DNA of 64,000 bases from Antedon mediterranea (lineage: Eukaryota; Animalia; Echinodermata). The notes below the pieces were generated by a model. It saw only the letters and a list, made by a program, of their open reading frames with translations. It was not told the DNA's origin and ran no database searches. Of the stretch, positions 1 through 13,471 are shown in pieces. Each line of letters begins with the position of its first letter. The stretch's first letter is position 1. Made by a program: the position numbers and the translations under genes. The stretch is taken from assembly GCF_964355755.1 (NCBI RefSeq), contig NC_092677.1, positions 952,101 through 1,016,100 of the forward strand. Direction: 5' to 3'.

Positions 1-217
1 GTGGGCGTTATCACATTTGTGGGCGATGATCGTTTTCACATTTGTGGGCGCTGTTTTCACATTTGTGGTTGATGCGTTTTCACATTTGTGGTTGTTTTCA
101 CATTTGTGGGTGATGCGTTTTCACATTTGTGGTTGTTTTCACATTTGTGGGTGATGCGTTTTCACATTTGTGGTTGTTTTCACATTTGTGGGCATTTTCA
201 CATTTGTGGGTTCAACA
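1..217. repeat. End of a TIR element with subterminal tandem array (TTTTCACATTTGTGG units), terminus ...GGGTTCAACA
   Basis: Repeated ttttcacatttgtgg units; the reverse complement of the same array and terminus starts at 24019. Confidence 0.75.
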
Positions 218-485
218 TACCGTCACATCAATTGCTAATTTGACCTGTATTAGGCTTAAATTTGCAAAAATGTTTAGTCTGGTATTTTGAAGAAACACTT
301 CACAACACAATATCCAGATAGGCAAAAGAAAGAAGAAAAAAATTCAACATTTCATATTTTTTACGATTTATTTAAAAAATGTGTTTACTAGAAATGTTCG
401 CGCTTGTTCTGAAATCATATGTAGGCCTACATCCCAAATACGTTGTTAAAATATGGTCCTCGGTCAAGTTCTCCTTTAATTAATT

Positions 486-765
486 GAGAACAGTATTAAA
501 CTGGATCGTACATTAATGTTATTGTATATTAAGTTTATCCTATTCTTTATCAGTGTGTTCAAGTATACCAAAATGACTATAGTCGAGAACAGTGTTAAAC
601 GGAATCGTACATTGATGTTATTTGTTGTATAATATATTGTTAAGTTTATCCTATTCTTTATCACTGTGCTCAAGTATACCAAAATGACTATAGTTGAGAA
701 CATTGTTAAACTGGATCGTAGCCTAAATTAATGTTATTTGTTGTATATTGTTATGTTTATCCTTT
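486..765. repeat. Degenerate tandem repeat, ~100-110 bp unit, ~2.5 copies
   Basis: gagaacagt.ttaaac.ggatcgta...aagtataccaaaatgactatagt recurs at ~486, ~585 and ~696. Confidence 0.8.
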
Positions 766-1095
766 GCTTTACTGTGCTTTGATTTGGTTGCCCCGCCCCC
801 ATATGCTGCCTACTAAATTAGGATTCCCTAGCTTTTCTATAAAAATTGAAGTACCCACAATGCACGTTATACGGAAGTCATAGTCTTGTAAAATACAGAC
901 ACAATAGTTTTTATCGTATTGTTTTTATTTAAATATCAGTAAGATTGTCTTGTAATTGTAAATAACTAAAATGAGCGAATGTATACAAGTGTTCATAAAT
1001 TATGGAAAGCCAAACCCGCCAAAAATACATAATACATACCATCCACCAATAATTAATTCGTACAAAATTCAAACCATCCAATATTATCTCATGCA

Positions 1096-3211
1096 CAGGC
1101 CCGTATGCAGCATTTATAATGGGGGGGGGTGCGAGCGAAGCGAGCAACAATGGCTGGGGGCCAGGGGGCCGCCAAGGGCCCCCGGTCAGGGTCCAGGGGC
1201 CGAAGGCCCTGAAAAAATTGGCGTTATTTGACATTCTAAAGACTGATGTAAGACTCTCTGTTGTGGCTTGGGCTAGTTGAACGATGGACACCAGAACTTA
1301 ACGCTTTCATGATGAGGCCAACTCAGCAGGGGTGGCGCCAGGATCTTCCCGACGCGGGGGCTACATTCCCCGACGAGGGGGCTATGCGAGCGAAGCGAGC
1401 ATCACTAGGCTGAGGGCCAGGGGCCGCCAAGGGCTCCCGGTAGGGGTCCAGGGGGCGAAGCCCCCGGAAGCAACGCGTTCTAGCGTCATTTGAGGTCTTT
1501 TTAATCAGATTTAGGGTAGCCATTTTTTCCATTTTTTATAATGCATAAATAAAATACTGCGTGCAAAAAAACGATGCGCGATGACTGTTTCAATCCATAT
1601 TTTTCAATTTAAAAAATAAAAGTTCAAAGAAAATTTAGAAAAATAGAGTTGGAGGTCCCGGAAATTGGACTTATTATACCTCAAAACATGAAAAAAAATA
1701 TATAAGTCCCTATCATGGGTTGTGACTGAGCTAAGAAATGTTAGATAGAGATGTTAGGTCCCGGAAAATGTACTTCTTGTTCTTCGAAATATGACCAGCT
1801 TTATTGTTGGGGCTGAGCTAAGAAAATGTTTAAAACTAGAGCTGCAGGTCTTCAAAAAATTGCATTTTATACTTTGGAAACATCAGGCCTAGAGGCTTAA
1901 AAAACGCAAGCGTAGACCTTTTTCAGTCGGGGAAAAAGGTTTATTCCTCTCAGGTGTATGCATGCGTACCATCTGGACTTCCGAGTGGTGAGAAATTCAT
2001 GACATACAGGATATTGAAAATGTAATAACTATAGCTATAATGTTGGCTAAGCGAAAATGGCATGTTTTTTTGTTTAGTAATGGATGAAAAATTTATTTTA
2101 GATGCCCCACGGTACAGAAGGTTACTTGTAAATTAAAAAATTGGTGAACAAACGAACAATTAACATAATTCGTTTTTGCTGTAGTGTAGCGTACGTCGAC
2201 GCAGTACACGACGTAACCGTCGGTAAACTTCGCCTGGAAAATAACACATTACACATTTTGGTTCCTGGATGAAACTTGATATCACGCGTCTCGACCCAAC
2301 GTTGAACGATTCGTACAAAGGGATACCGCCAGACAAGTGCGTACCTAGCTATTGTTTAGTAGTAAGTTAGATCGCTGGCAATAATGAATGCATAATAAAT
2401 AAAGTGCATAATATCACTCTGACGTACTCTCACGGTCAATGAAACGTCGCGGTTTTCTAGGCGCTGAAGCTAGCTACGAAGTGAACGCGAACGCTTTTTA
2501 CTGTATATTATATTCCCCGACAAAAAGTACACGTGTTCCCTTCGGTAACCGTCGGATGAAACTTGATATCACGCGTCTCGACCCAACGTTGAACGATTCG
2601 TACAAAGGGATACCGCCAGACAAGTGCGTACCTAGCTAATGTTTAGTAGTAAGTTAGATCGCTGGCAATAATGAATGCATAAAAGTGCATATTAGCCCTC
2701 TGACGTACTCTCACGGTCAATGGAACGTCGTGGTTTTCTAGGCGCTGAAGCTATATGAAGTGAACGCGAACGGGGCTAGGCTCCCCGACGACGCTGTCTG
2801 AGTTGGCCTTCCCTTGTTTAGGCGCCGTATTCGATAGTGTCTGTATTTCCAGACACGTCTTTACCGCCGGTTAAGTTGTCTGTATTTCTCCAGCAAACAC
2901 TTTACCGCGTACCGCGTACATGAAGCGCTAAGATATTGCTTGTCGTCACATGATCGACTGCGCATGTTTTACATCGAGTTTGTAGTCAGTTCAGATTCCG
3001 TAATTTAATTACCGGTATTTTTTCATTTTATATTAGCATATTTTTGTTTGTATACCATTGATAATGTAAATTTTGTATATATATAATGATATTGTCTTTA
3101 GTTAAACAAGACAAGAAAAAATACCAACCGAGGAAATAGTGGACCTTTTGGGACTTGGGGGGGGGGGGTGCGTCTGCACCCAACGCACCCCCCCCCCTGG
3201 ATACGGGCCTG
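1096..3211. mobile_element. Non-autonomous hAT-like element with 5-bp TSD (hAT5-like)
   Basis: TIR CAGGCCCGTAT / ATACGGGCCTG; TSD ATGCA at 1091-1095 and 3212-3216; the empty site is preserved in the opposite arm of the host element near 8000. Confidence 0.75.
2266..2772. repeat. Direct repeat of ~220 bp, two copies
   Basis: ggatgaaacttgatatcacgcgtctcgacccaacg...gaagtgaacgcgaacg at ~2267 and ~2554. Confidence 0.85.
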
Positions 3212-4036
3212 ATGCAGTTCAATGAAAACTTAAACCATTCACCTAGTATCTACACCATCCAATACAATGTGTGACCATCTACCACTAGCCCAAACGACAA
3301 TACGCCGAACAAACTACCCATAACACAAACCATCTAAAGAATGTTGAGCCCAGGCAGCAATAATTGAATTAATCTAACGTTAATACAAGTATATATTAGC
3401 CAACTCATTTATCAACATTTCATGTAGTTCATGAACATTTCAAACAAAGCATCTTAGTTATAGTTCATCGAATTCTAATTCTAATACATTGCCTGTTTTA
3501 TACACCGTTCGTCTGTTCAACAGTTTAAACAACTGTTTTGCACACGATACGCCCGTTCGTGAGTTCAAACATTCAGTACCGAACACCTCCCCCCCCCCAA
3601 TATAAAATCGGCGCCAACAGTTACAATTTAACAATAAAAAAAAAACTACCGTTTTAAAACTTGTCGAGTGGAATATCTACACTTTACATGCGTAAATGCG
3701 AATGATGTACAAAACTGATGTATGGAAAGTATGAAAATTAAAAAATAGTATATCAATTGATATATACGTAAACGGAGCCAAAAGCTAACGTTTGAAAAGT
3801 TGTCGAATGAAATGTTATCACATGAAATCACGAACAAGCGAACGGTGTGTAATACTGGCCAATCGAAAGTAGGTGATTGAAATGCAACCACTTTAACTCA
3901 AGAAAATACGTTCGGTGCGAAAAATCGCCGTTTGGGAAGTCGATGCTTCAAATATCATGGTTTGAAATCACGAACAAGCGAACGGTGTGTAATACTGGCC
4001 AATCAAAAGTAAGTGATTGAAATGCAACCACTTTAA

Positions 4037-7000
4037 TAGTAGAGCAGTTAATGACATGAGCTGTGCATTTTATTACCAAAGCATGAAACTTGGCACAAAG
4101 TTTCTTTGATGTATATAGATTCAAAATATCGGAAGGTGCCAAGTGTCCAACGTCCGGTATGGCGGCCATCTTGATTTCAAAATGGCCACCATAAAAACAA
4201 AAAATGTTCATATCTTGGCAACTATACACATTAGAGACTTAATTCTGGTCTCAAATTGTTCACAAACTATATATTTCTATTTGCTCTAATGAAAAGTTTC
4301 GTCCAAAAATGACCGGAAATGACGTTTCTTACAGTTTGACCTTTGACCTCGTATTTGTATATCTCTGTAACTACTGGTCATTTTCAATCGATTTTGGTGT
4401 CATTTGTTCAGAATAAATACATTTATATTTGTAGTAATGAAACATTTTCACATAAAATGACCGGAAATACAATTTATAACCTTTGACATTAATTTATTGA
4501 TTTTTAATTATGTGAATATACTGTAGGTGGTTTTTGTTGGTCTAAAGTGCACCTAATTTTGAACTTTAACCTGATAGGCGTAATTATATTAAATGATTAA
4601 TGGACTTAAATTGTATATAGTACATAAAATTGGTAAACATTGTGCTTGGTGGTACCATTAGTTCAATGATGTTGGCACCTTCTGATTCGCTAAAAGTTTT
4701 AATAGTTTGACAGAGGAAATAACATACATGTTATTGAATACCGTAAAACCTCGAAAAGGTGATAGTATGAGCTTCTTTTCGAGACAGACTGTATTTGATT
4801 GTCAAATGAATATAGTATGATGATCGTGTTTATATCAATATATTATTAATGACCTTACAAAGAACCCTTTCTATTTCAACAATTAAGCCATAGTTATTCT
4901 ACAATTTATTGTTTTCCAAGTGGTAGGCCTATTTTGATTGCATCTTATTTTTGTATGCTTCCTCGTTTAATATGGTCCTAACCCTCCTTTGTCTGTAGAT
5001 GATCTTATACCCCATTCTTTGTCTGTGGATGGTCTTTACCCGCTTCTGTGTCTGTTGATGGTATTATTACACCCCTTTCTTTATGTGTTTATGGTCTTAC
5101 ACCCATTTCTTTGTCTGTAGATGGTCTTACACCCCTTCTTTGTCTGTGGATGGTCTTATACCCCCTTCTGTGTCTGTTGATGGTATTATTACACCCCTTT
5201 CTTTATGTGTGGATGGTCTTACACCCATTTCTTTGTCTGTAGATGGTATTACACCTCTTTCTTTGTCTGTTGATGGTATTAAACCCCTTTCTTTGTGTGT
5301 GGATGGTCTATACCCCTGTCTTTGTCTGTAGATGGTCTTATAATCCCTTCTTTGTATGTGGATGGTCTTACTTACACCCCTTCTTTGTCTGTGGGTGGTC
5401 TTACATCCCCTTCTTTGTCTGTGGATGGTCCGATGGTCCTACACCTCCTTTTTTGTCTGTGAATGGTCTTATACCCCTTCTTTGTCTGTAAGTGGTCCTA
5501 TACCCCTTTCTTTGTCAGTGGACGGTTCTACACCCCCTTCTTTGTCTGTGGATGGTCTTACACCCCTTTCTTTTTCTGTGGACGGTCTTATACCCCCTAG
5601 GCTGTGCCTGTGGGTGATCTTATACCCCCTTCTTTGTCTGTTGATGGTATTACACCCCTTTCTTTGTCCGTTGATGGTATTACACCCCTTTTTTGTATGT
5701 GGATGGTCTTATACACCCCTTTCTTTGTGTATGGCTGGTCTTGCACTCCTTTAATTTGTCTGTAAGTGGTCCTATACCCCTCTCTTTGTCAGTGGTGGAT
5801 GGTCTTACACCCCCTTCTTTGTCTGTGGACGGTTCTACACCCCCTTCTTTGTCTGTGGATGGTCTTACACCCCTTTCTTTTTCTGTGGACGGTTTTATAC
5901 CCCTTCTGTGCCTGTGGGTGATCTTATACCCCCTTCTTTGTCTGTTGATGGTATTACACCCCTTTTTTGTATGTGGATGGTCTTATACACCCCTTTTTGT
6001 ATGGATGGTCTTGCACTCCTTTAATTTGTCTGTGGATGGTCTTATTTCTTTGTCTGTGGATGGTCTTATACCCCCTTCTTTGTCTGTGGATGGTCTTATA
6101 TCCCCTTCTTTGTCTGTGGATGGTCTTCTCCCCTTCTTTGTCTGTGGATGGTCCTACACCCCCTTCTTTGTCTGTGGATGGTCCTACACCCCTTATTTGT
6201 CTGGGGATGGTCTTATACCCTCTTCTTTGTCTGTAAGTGGTCCTATACCCCTTTCTTTGTCAGTGGATGGTCTTGCACCCCCTTCTTTGTCTGTGGACGG
6301 TCCTACGCCCCCTTCTTTGTCTATGGATGGTCCTATACCCCTTTTTTGTCAGTGGATGGTCTTATACCCCCTTCTTTGTCTGTGGACGGTCCTACATCCC
6401 CTTCTTTGTCTTTAGATGGCCTTACACCCCTTTCTTTGTCTGTGGATGGTCTTATATCTCCTTCTTTGTGTGTGGATGGTCTTACACCCCCTTCTTTGTC
6501 TGTGGATGGTCTTACACCCCCTTTTTTGTCTGTGGATGGTTTTATACCCTCTTCTTTGTATGTTTCTTTGTCTGTGGATGGTCTTACACCCCCTTCTTTG
6601 TCTGGACCCACTACTTTGATTGATTAAATTAGACATTGTTTCTTGTATGATTAGGAAACCAAGACCTTTAAAGTGAAAGTCCACAGGTGGATGCCTAAAC
6701 AGGTCTTGTACAGAACAGTATATTGTAGGTCCATGTCACTAATTTGAGGATTACTTGAATAATTATATTGAGATGTCTTTTACGAATTGATTTAGTTCGG
6801 ATTTTGCTAAAAAATCAATGACTAGAGAAAATCGAGGAAAAGGATTCAGATGAAAGGTTTACAGCAAAGGCCCATTACCATAAAAACGGAGTACATTTTT
6901 TAGATGCAACGAAAAAACGATTGACACATCACAGTTTAGCAAACATGTCGGCATAGATGAGCTCAGTGATCTGTCATACTTTATGCCTATCCTATCACAT

Positions 7001-7576
7001 CAAAAGTTAAAAATTCAGAATAATAATTCCGTGTCATTTATTTCGGTAAAAAAATTAGGTGCATTTATACCAATTTAACCACATACAGTATGTTCACATA
7101 ATTATATATGTATTGTCAAAGGTTATAAATTGTATTTCCAGTCATTTTATGTGAAAATGTTTCATTACTATAAATATAAATGTCTTTATTTTGAACAAAA
7201 TGACACCAAAATCGATTGAAAATGATCAGTAGTTACTGAGATATACAGATAAGAGGTCAAAGGTCAAACTGGAAGAAACGTCATTTCCGGTCATTTTTGG
7301 ACGAAACTTTTCATTAGAGCAAATAGAAATATGTGGTTTGTGAACAATTTAACACCAGAATCAAGTCTCTACTGTTTATAGTTGCCAAGATATGAACACT
7401 TTTTGTTTTTATGGTGGCCATTTTGAAATCAAGATGGCCGCCATACCGGACGTTGGACACTTGGCACCCCCCGATATTTTGAATCTATATACATCAAAGA
7501 AACTCTGTGGAAAGTTTCATGTTTTGGTAATAAAGTGCACAACTTGGCTATTTTTATGGCGTTAACTGCTCTACTA
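4037..7576. mobile_element. Non-autonomous Academ-like transposon with ~470-bp TIRs
   Basis: Termini TAGTAGAGCAGTTAA...TTAACTGCTCTACTA; 3-bp TSD TAA (4034-4036, 7577-7579); the uninterrupted site is visible in the neighbouring 140-bp tandem unit near 3890. Confidence 0.8.
4970..6610. repeat. Minisatellite, ~30-bp unit (TCTTTGTCTGTGGATGGTCTTACACCCCCT), about 50 copies
   Basis: Directly visible tandem array; it explains the repetitive ORFs in several frames. Confidence 0.95.
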
Positions 7577-8749
7577 TAACTCAAGAAAATACGTTCGGTG
7601 CGAAAAATCGCTGTTTGGAAAGTCGATGCTTCAAATATCATGGTTTGAACTCACGGCGAACGGGCGTATCGTGTGCAAAACAGTTGTTTAAACTGTTGAA
7701 CAGACAGACGAACGGTGTATAAAACAGGCAATGTATTAGAATTAGAATTCGATGAACTATAATTAAGATGCTTTGTTTGAAATGTTCATGAACAACATGA
7801 AATGTTGATAAATGAGTTGGCTAATATATACTTGTATTAACGTTAGATTAATTCAATTATTGCTGCCTGGGCTCAACATTCTTTAGATGGTTTGTGTTAT
7901 GGGTAGTTTGTTCGGCGTACTGTCGTTTGGGCTAGTGGTAGATGGTCACACATTGTATTGGATGGTGTAGATACTAGGTGAATGGTTTAAGTTTTCATTG
8001 AACTGCATGAGATAATATTGGATGGTTTGAATTTTGTACGAATTAATTATTGGTGGATGGTATGTATTATGTATTTTTGGTGGGTTTGGCTTTCCATAAT
8101 AAATGTCACTACTGTTTAGTATTAATACATTTTGGATTAGAACATTTTTACCAGAAAGGTAGAAAAAACATAAAACCTTTGAGAATTCTCAACCAGCCAG
8201 AATGGTATAGATAATATAGCTCAGATAATAGGATAGCACAAACGAAAATGGTGTTTTCTTTGCTTAACCCACAAACAACATCAAACTTCTAATTGTTTAT
8301 TTTTATTATACAAAGATCAAAATTAATGTGATGTTTTCATACTGTTGTTGGATCTTTTTAATTGTCAACACATTTATTTTTGGCGTGACATCGACCGTGT
8401 GTAAATAACATTGATAGTATATGGGGTAACGTACCGTAAGGGCCCCATGGATATTTTTCTTTGATATACCTTAGCAATAATTAACTCACAGGCTTATAAT
8501 TAATATTAATTAATATTATCATAACATTACATAAGTATGGCCTAAAAGCCTCTATTATTTCATTAATGGTGAATGAACGAAACATTTTGAAGGTTATAAC
8601 AATGATTAGGCCTATAATTCCTCTCGTTGATAATATCCAGTTTAGTCTTGAGTTCATCTCGACTCAAAACTAAACTAAACATGGAAATGTCATTGACTCG
8701 GTTGCTTTGAAGGTCTAAAACAATATCGGAATTATCTATAGGCTCTCTC

Positions 8750-9470
8750 ACGTATACCTTTAACAATTTTGCGTTTATTATAATATTGCTCTACTTATAC
8801 TATTGTAATATTGTTTGGACTAATAATTACAAGGCATCTATAGAAATACTTATTATTTTACAAAAAAAGGCCATTATATACGGGCTTTGTTCACATCGTC
8901 TTTCTCATACTTCCCTGTTTTTTCCGAACACCAGTTTCTAAAATTAGTTGATATCAATCTATTTCAACGAATGTCTTTTATTTATGACTCTTTAATAGCT
9001 GTTTCTCCCTTATCTCATCTTTTTAAATTTAATCACGAGTACATAATTATAATACTCGTATTGCCCAAGAACTTAATTCACCCAAACCAAGACTTACTGC
9101 CTTCAAAAATTCAATCAGATATACTGGTCCCATGAATTGAAATAAAACCCCTTTACAAATCAAACATTTGGCCCAAATTTTTTATTTAATAAAAAACTTT
9201 CTCTCCTTGTCTCTAAATATTAATGTTTCCCCCCTGGTGGTGTGTGTGTGTACTGTATATGGATGTCTTGTTGTACTCGTGCTTGTTTTGTACCTTTGTG
9301 TTTGTGTTCTGTCTTCATTTATTGTCATATTATATTTTTCCCCTGTACGTATTACTCTTCCACATCACAGGCTTGCCTTTCGTGGAGTGCCATCTTTCTT
9401 TTTATATTTTGTTGTATTATTATAAGGTTTATTTGTTGTTAATAAATAAGAAAAAAAAAAGAAGAAAAAA
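8750..9470 (+). mobile_element. Degraded 3' fragment of a CR1/L2-group LINE with A-rich tail
   Basis: Broken frame reading YLYYCNIVW...LQKKAI resembles the RT C-terminal region at 63100; aataaa plus A-rich tail at ~9440-9470. Confidence 0.55.
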
Positions 9471-10609
9471 GTGTAATAATTTTATGAAATATAAAATATA
9501 AGAGTAAATGATTTGTTTTTTTGTTGTTGTTCAAATATATATTTGAAATTTAATACTACCTACCTTATATAAGTACCTTATTAATTTATATTATTGTAAT
9601 TGTTTATACAAGAAAGAAAATAAATGTTTACGTTGAAGTTGAACTTGATAGTTTTTTTCAATAACAAATCAGTGAACAATTGATGTAATTGATTAATAAG
9701 CTAACTATAGAAGGAAAACTGAATCCAAATCCCCATCCTCGAAACAATTTATTTAAATACCCGATAGCCCCTACGTACAGTATATTAAATAGAGAATTTT
9801 CTTTTTTCTTTTTCTTTCATTTATTTGGCATCTCAATAAATAACATTAAAAATACATCAATAATATATATAATTCATACTATATCTTACACTAAATGTGT
9901 ACTAAGCCTACTGATTCTTAAACAAACAAAATTGATAATAAATCATTATTTCTTAAATTAATAAATAGAATATCAATTTAAAAAAAATCATTTAAAATAC
10001 GAAAGAACAATAATTAAAACTGTTATGCAAAAACTCGAGCTGCGTTTTGTTTAAGAAATATTTCTTGTTAATCCTTACACTCCTCTGACGTTCACAACAA
10101 GCGTATGATATGTATTTTGCAATATGAACAATTTCATAAAAAAAACTTTAATTGATTTTTAGAAGTTAGAGACTAGAAATAAAAAAAAAATTGTATTTTG
10201 ACTTATCATACTATAGAGGGGGTATAACAACTTTTTTAAAACACCTATTTCCTTGTCGACTAATAGTCAGTAGACTGTATAATATTAGACTTAAAGGCCT
10301 ACTGTGCATGATATTATGTGGTTCGCACATGTGTACTTCTCATGTGTACTTCTCAATCCATTAAACGTACATTAGTGATCAAAATGTTAAACGGAAACCA
10401 AGGATTTATTGCTTTAATTGGTTTAACTTCAACAGGTAGGTCTTGCTTAATCTTCCAATCATAATAGTTTATTGGGATTTTTATGGAATTAAACATGTTT
10501 TACTAGTTCAATCAATAAGCGGTCATTTTGCCCAACTAAGTTGACCAATCACAATTTTGACCAATCACAGTTTTACGTTCGTTGCGTCGGTCCTTGCCAA
10601 CCTAACCAT

Positions 10610-13145
10610 AAATCATGGTTAGAAACTTTTCGATTTAGTAAATAAACTTTACATCGCTCCAAATCATCAGTCCTTCCTTCGTCTGTCAGATGAAGCTCTT
10701 GCTGAAATATTTTCTTTGTTTTTTATAAATAAAATTAAATCAATTCTTGATTCACTAGAAAATGAAAATACTGCAGAAGTTACAACTGCTTCTGATAAAT
10801 GTACTATATCTTATGATTTAACTAGGTCCATACAGTTTTCTCAGTTCGAACCTGCAAGCGAGGAGGAAATTTTAAATATTGTCAAAAATTTTCCCTCAAA
10901 ATCGTGTGCACTTGACCCGGTACCAACTTCACTGATAAAGAAATGTACTTCTGCATTTATTCCATTAATCACACATATTGTAAATATGTTTCTTGAAAGT
11001 GGTTCTTTCCCAGAGTCTCTTAAAGTCACTCATGTTCGACCCACATTGAAAAAAATAGGTCTAGATCCCGAGATCCTGAAAAACTACAGACCTATCTCGA
11101 ATATTAGTTTTTTTAGGAAAAATAATTGAGAAGGTTGTTTCTAAACGGATTTTGTCGCATGTACAAAACCATAACCTACTTGATCCGTATCAATCTGCCT
11201 ACAAAGTGCATCATAGTACTGGAACGGCATTACTTCGTGTAATTAACGATATCCTACGTGCGATGGATGATGGAAAGTTAACTGCTCTAGTATAATTATA
11301 TTTAAGTGCAGCATTTGATACGGTTGACCATTCTGTGTTGTTAAATAGACTCAGTACTTATATTGGTATTGAAGGAAATGCACTTGATTGGTGTCGGTCA
11401 TATTTGGAAAAACGACCTCAACACGTATGTATTGGTGATGCTATCTCAAAAGCTTCTTTTTAAAATTTTCGGTACCACAAGGATCTGTTCTTGGGCCGCA
11501 ATGGTTCACAATTTATTTACATCCGATACGGGATATCATTAGTAAATATGATCTGTACTATCATGTTTACGCTGATGATACTCAGCTTTATATTTCTTTT
11601 AAACCTACAATGACACACAGTGACATTTCTTTGGAATTGCTCTAACATTGTATCTATGAATTGATGAAAAACAACTTTCTTAAATTAAACGATGAAAAAA
11701 CAGAATATATTCTCTTTGGATCAAAGCAGCAGTTAAAACAAGGCCATATAGATGGCTGCAGTCGCGTGCTCATTAGTGTTTACCGACCGACCGACCAACC
11801 TACCAACTGACCGAAATTACTTGTTTAAACATGTTTAAAAATGTTGAAATGTTTAAAAACATTTATATTTTTTTAATTTACACGTGCGTAGCCTGTCACT
11901 TTTGACGTGCTCGTATAACGTAATTTCAAGTTAAAAAGTAAGTCAAGAAAACAGAAATCGGGCAAAAAGAGTGCGCAATAACATTTTAACGCACTCATGG
12001 CAATTTTGTAAACGTTTAAAATTGCCTGAAACGTACTCTTATTTCATCGAAAATAAATTTTGAAAATTTTAAGCGCGCGTACGCATGCGTTACATGCGCT
12101 ACGCACGTAATTGTATTGCCATATGATGATTTATGCCCGAAATTTATGAGTACCAAATTTTATTTAATTGTGATTCATGGTTGTGAAGATATGATTACAA
12201 ACGTGATTTCGTTAAATCGTGCGTACACCGAGTAATTTTTTATTGCGCACCGTGAAAACATAACCACATCGATTCCTGGTTATAAGGAATATCTACTGTG
12301 AAAAATTGACTTAGCTAGATTAAACTGATATCAAGATAAGGTCAGAAAGCGATAAAACGCATAGTGATACCGGACCGACAGACAGACCGACAGACAGACC
12401 GACCGACCGACATAGTGAACTATATAGTCGCGTCCACACGACTAAAAACTGACACCAAGTTTTATTTACATTGGTGAAACCCAAATAGACCCGGCTAGGC
12501 AGGTTAGAAATCTTGGGGTTGAAATGGATGCGGGTATGACTATGATTCCTCATATCTCAAAAACTATTTCTACGTCGTCTTTTCACTTACGAAACATCCG
12601 AAGGATTCGCAAGTTTATTAATGAGGCAGCAGCTAAACAACTTGTTCATGCTTTTGTCACTTCACGACTGGATATGGGAAACTCATTGGTACATGGGCTA
12701 CCACAAAAACAACTCCACAGGCTTCAGCTGATCCAAAATACAGCGGCACGAGTTTTTAAAAAATTACCAAGATTATGGACACATGGCTTCCTGTTAGGTA
12801 CCGCATTGTTTTTAAAATATTACTCGTTGTTTTTAAGTCTATAAATGGCATGGCTCTTGAATATTATTTCTGACATGCTGAGGCTGTAGGCCTATGTTTA
12901 CGAACGTAATATGCGTTCTAGTGATACGCTGCTTCTACATCAGCCAAGTCTCACCACTCATAGGGAAATAGAGCGTTAGTGCTCCTGTATGGAATGCTCT
13001 ATCGAGCTCTATAAGATTTTGCAAAACAGTTGATACGTTAAAAAAATTATTAAAAACACATTTATTCATTAAGGCATATGGAAATCATGAGGTATAGTTT
13101 TTCCTGGCCATCATTATCTTTGGGGTGCCTCTGTCTTGGTTGTTG
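10610..13145 (+). mobile_element. 5'-truncated, frameshifted L2-like LINE (reverse transcriptase region)
   Basis: KSCALDPVP, NYRPISN, QSAY..HST, LSAAFDTVDH, VPQGSVLGP, YADD (tac gct gat gat ~11568), LVHAFVTSRLD, LQLIQNTAAR; several frameshifts. Confidence 0.9.
11738..12445. mobile_element. Helentron-associated (HINE/DINE-1-like) non-autonomous element inserted in the LINE
   Basis: Inserted in an A run with no clear TSD; GACA/GACC microsatellite; AGTCGCGT near both ends; terminal hairpin agtcgcgtccacacgact; LINE frame resumes (SKQQLK|KLTPSFIYIG). Confidence 0.65.
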
Positions 13146-13150
13146 TCTCT

Positions 13151-13295
13151 TGTTATATATTGTGCTCTGGGAATGAATGATTACACTAAGTATTTCACTA
13201 AGAAATCAGACCATGTGCTAATGTTCAGCCATCTTGTAGAACTCCTTTATTAGTCTCCAATCCAGTCGTTAAATTGCTAATATGAATATATTACA
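13151..13295 (-). repeat. 3' LTR (145 bp)
   Basis: Identical by eye to 23490-23818 once the MITE is removed. Confidence 0.95.
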
Positions 13296-13471
13296 TTACT
13301 TCCTTCTTTTAAAATTGAGTCAAGTGATACAGGTATTGGTTTTGTAAAATACAGTATTAATTATAGTATGGCTATCTAATATAACATTCTAAAACTAAGT
13401 AACAATAAACATAATGCATATAACAAAAACAAGATCTTCTATATTTAAATTAACTATATAATGATTACATC

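Larger units (their letters stand above)
1001..8098. mobile_element. Non-autonomous IS3EU-like DNA transposon with long TIRs, carrying nested insertions
   Basis: Termini TATGGAAAGCC...GGCTTTCCATA; 6-bp TSD ATAAAT at 995-1000 and 8099-8104; left arm (1001-1095 plus 3217-~3570) is the reverse complement of ~7645-8098. TAYGG termini with 6-bp TSD fit IS3EU. Confidence 0.75.

Noticed and set aside
5048-6684. Many overlapping repetitive ORFs (LSVDG, LCLWMV, FVCGWS repeats)
   Set aside because: By-product of a stop-poor 30-bp minisatellite inside a transposon; no splice or domain evidence
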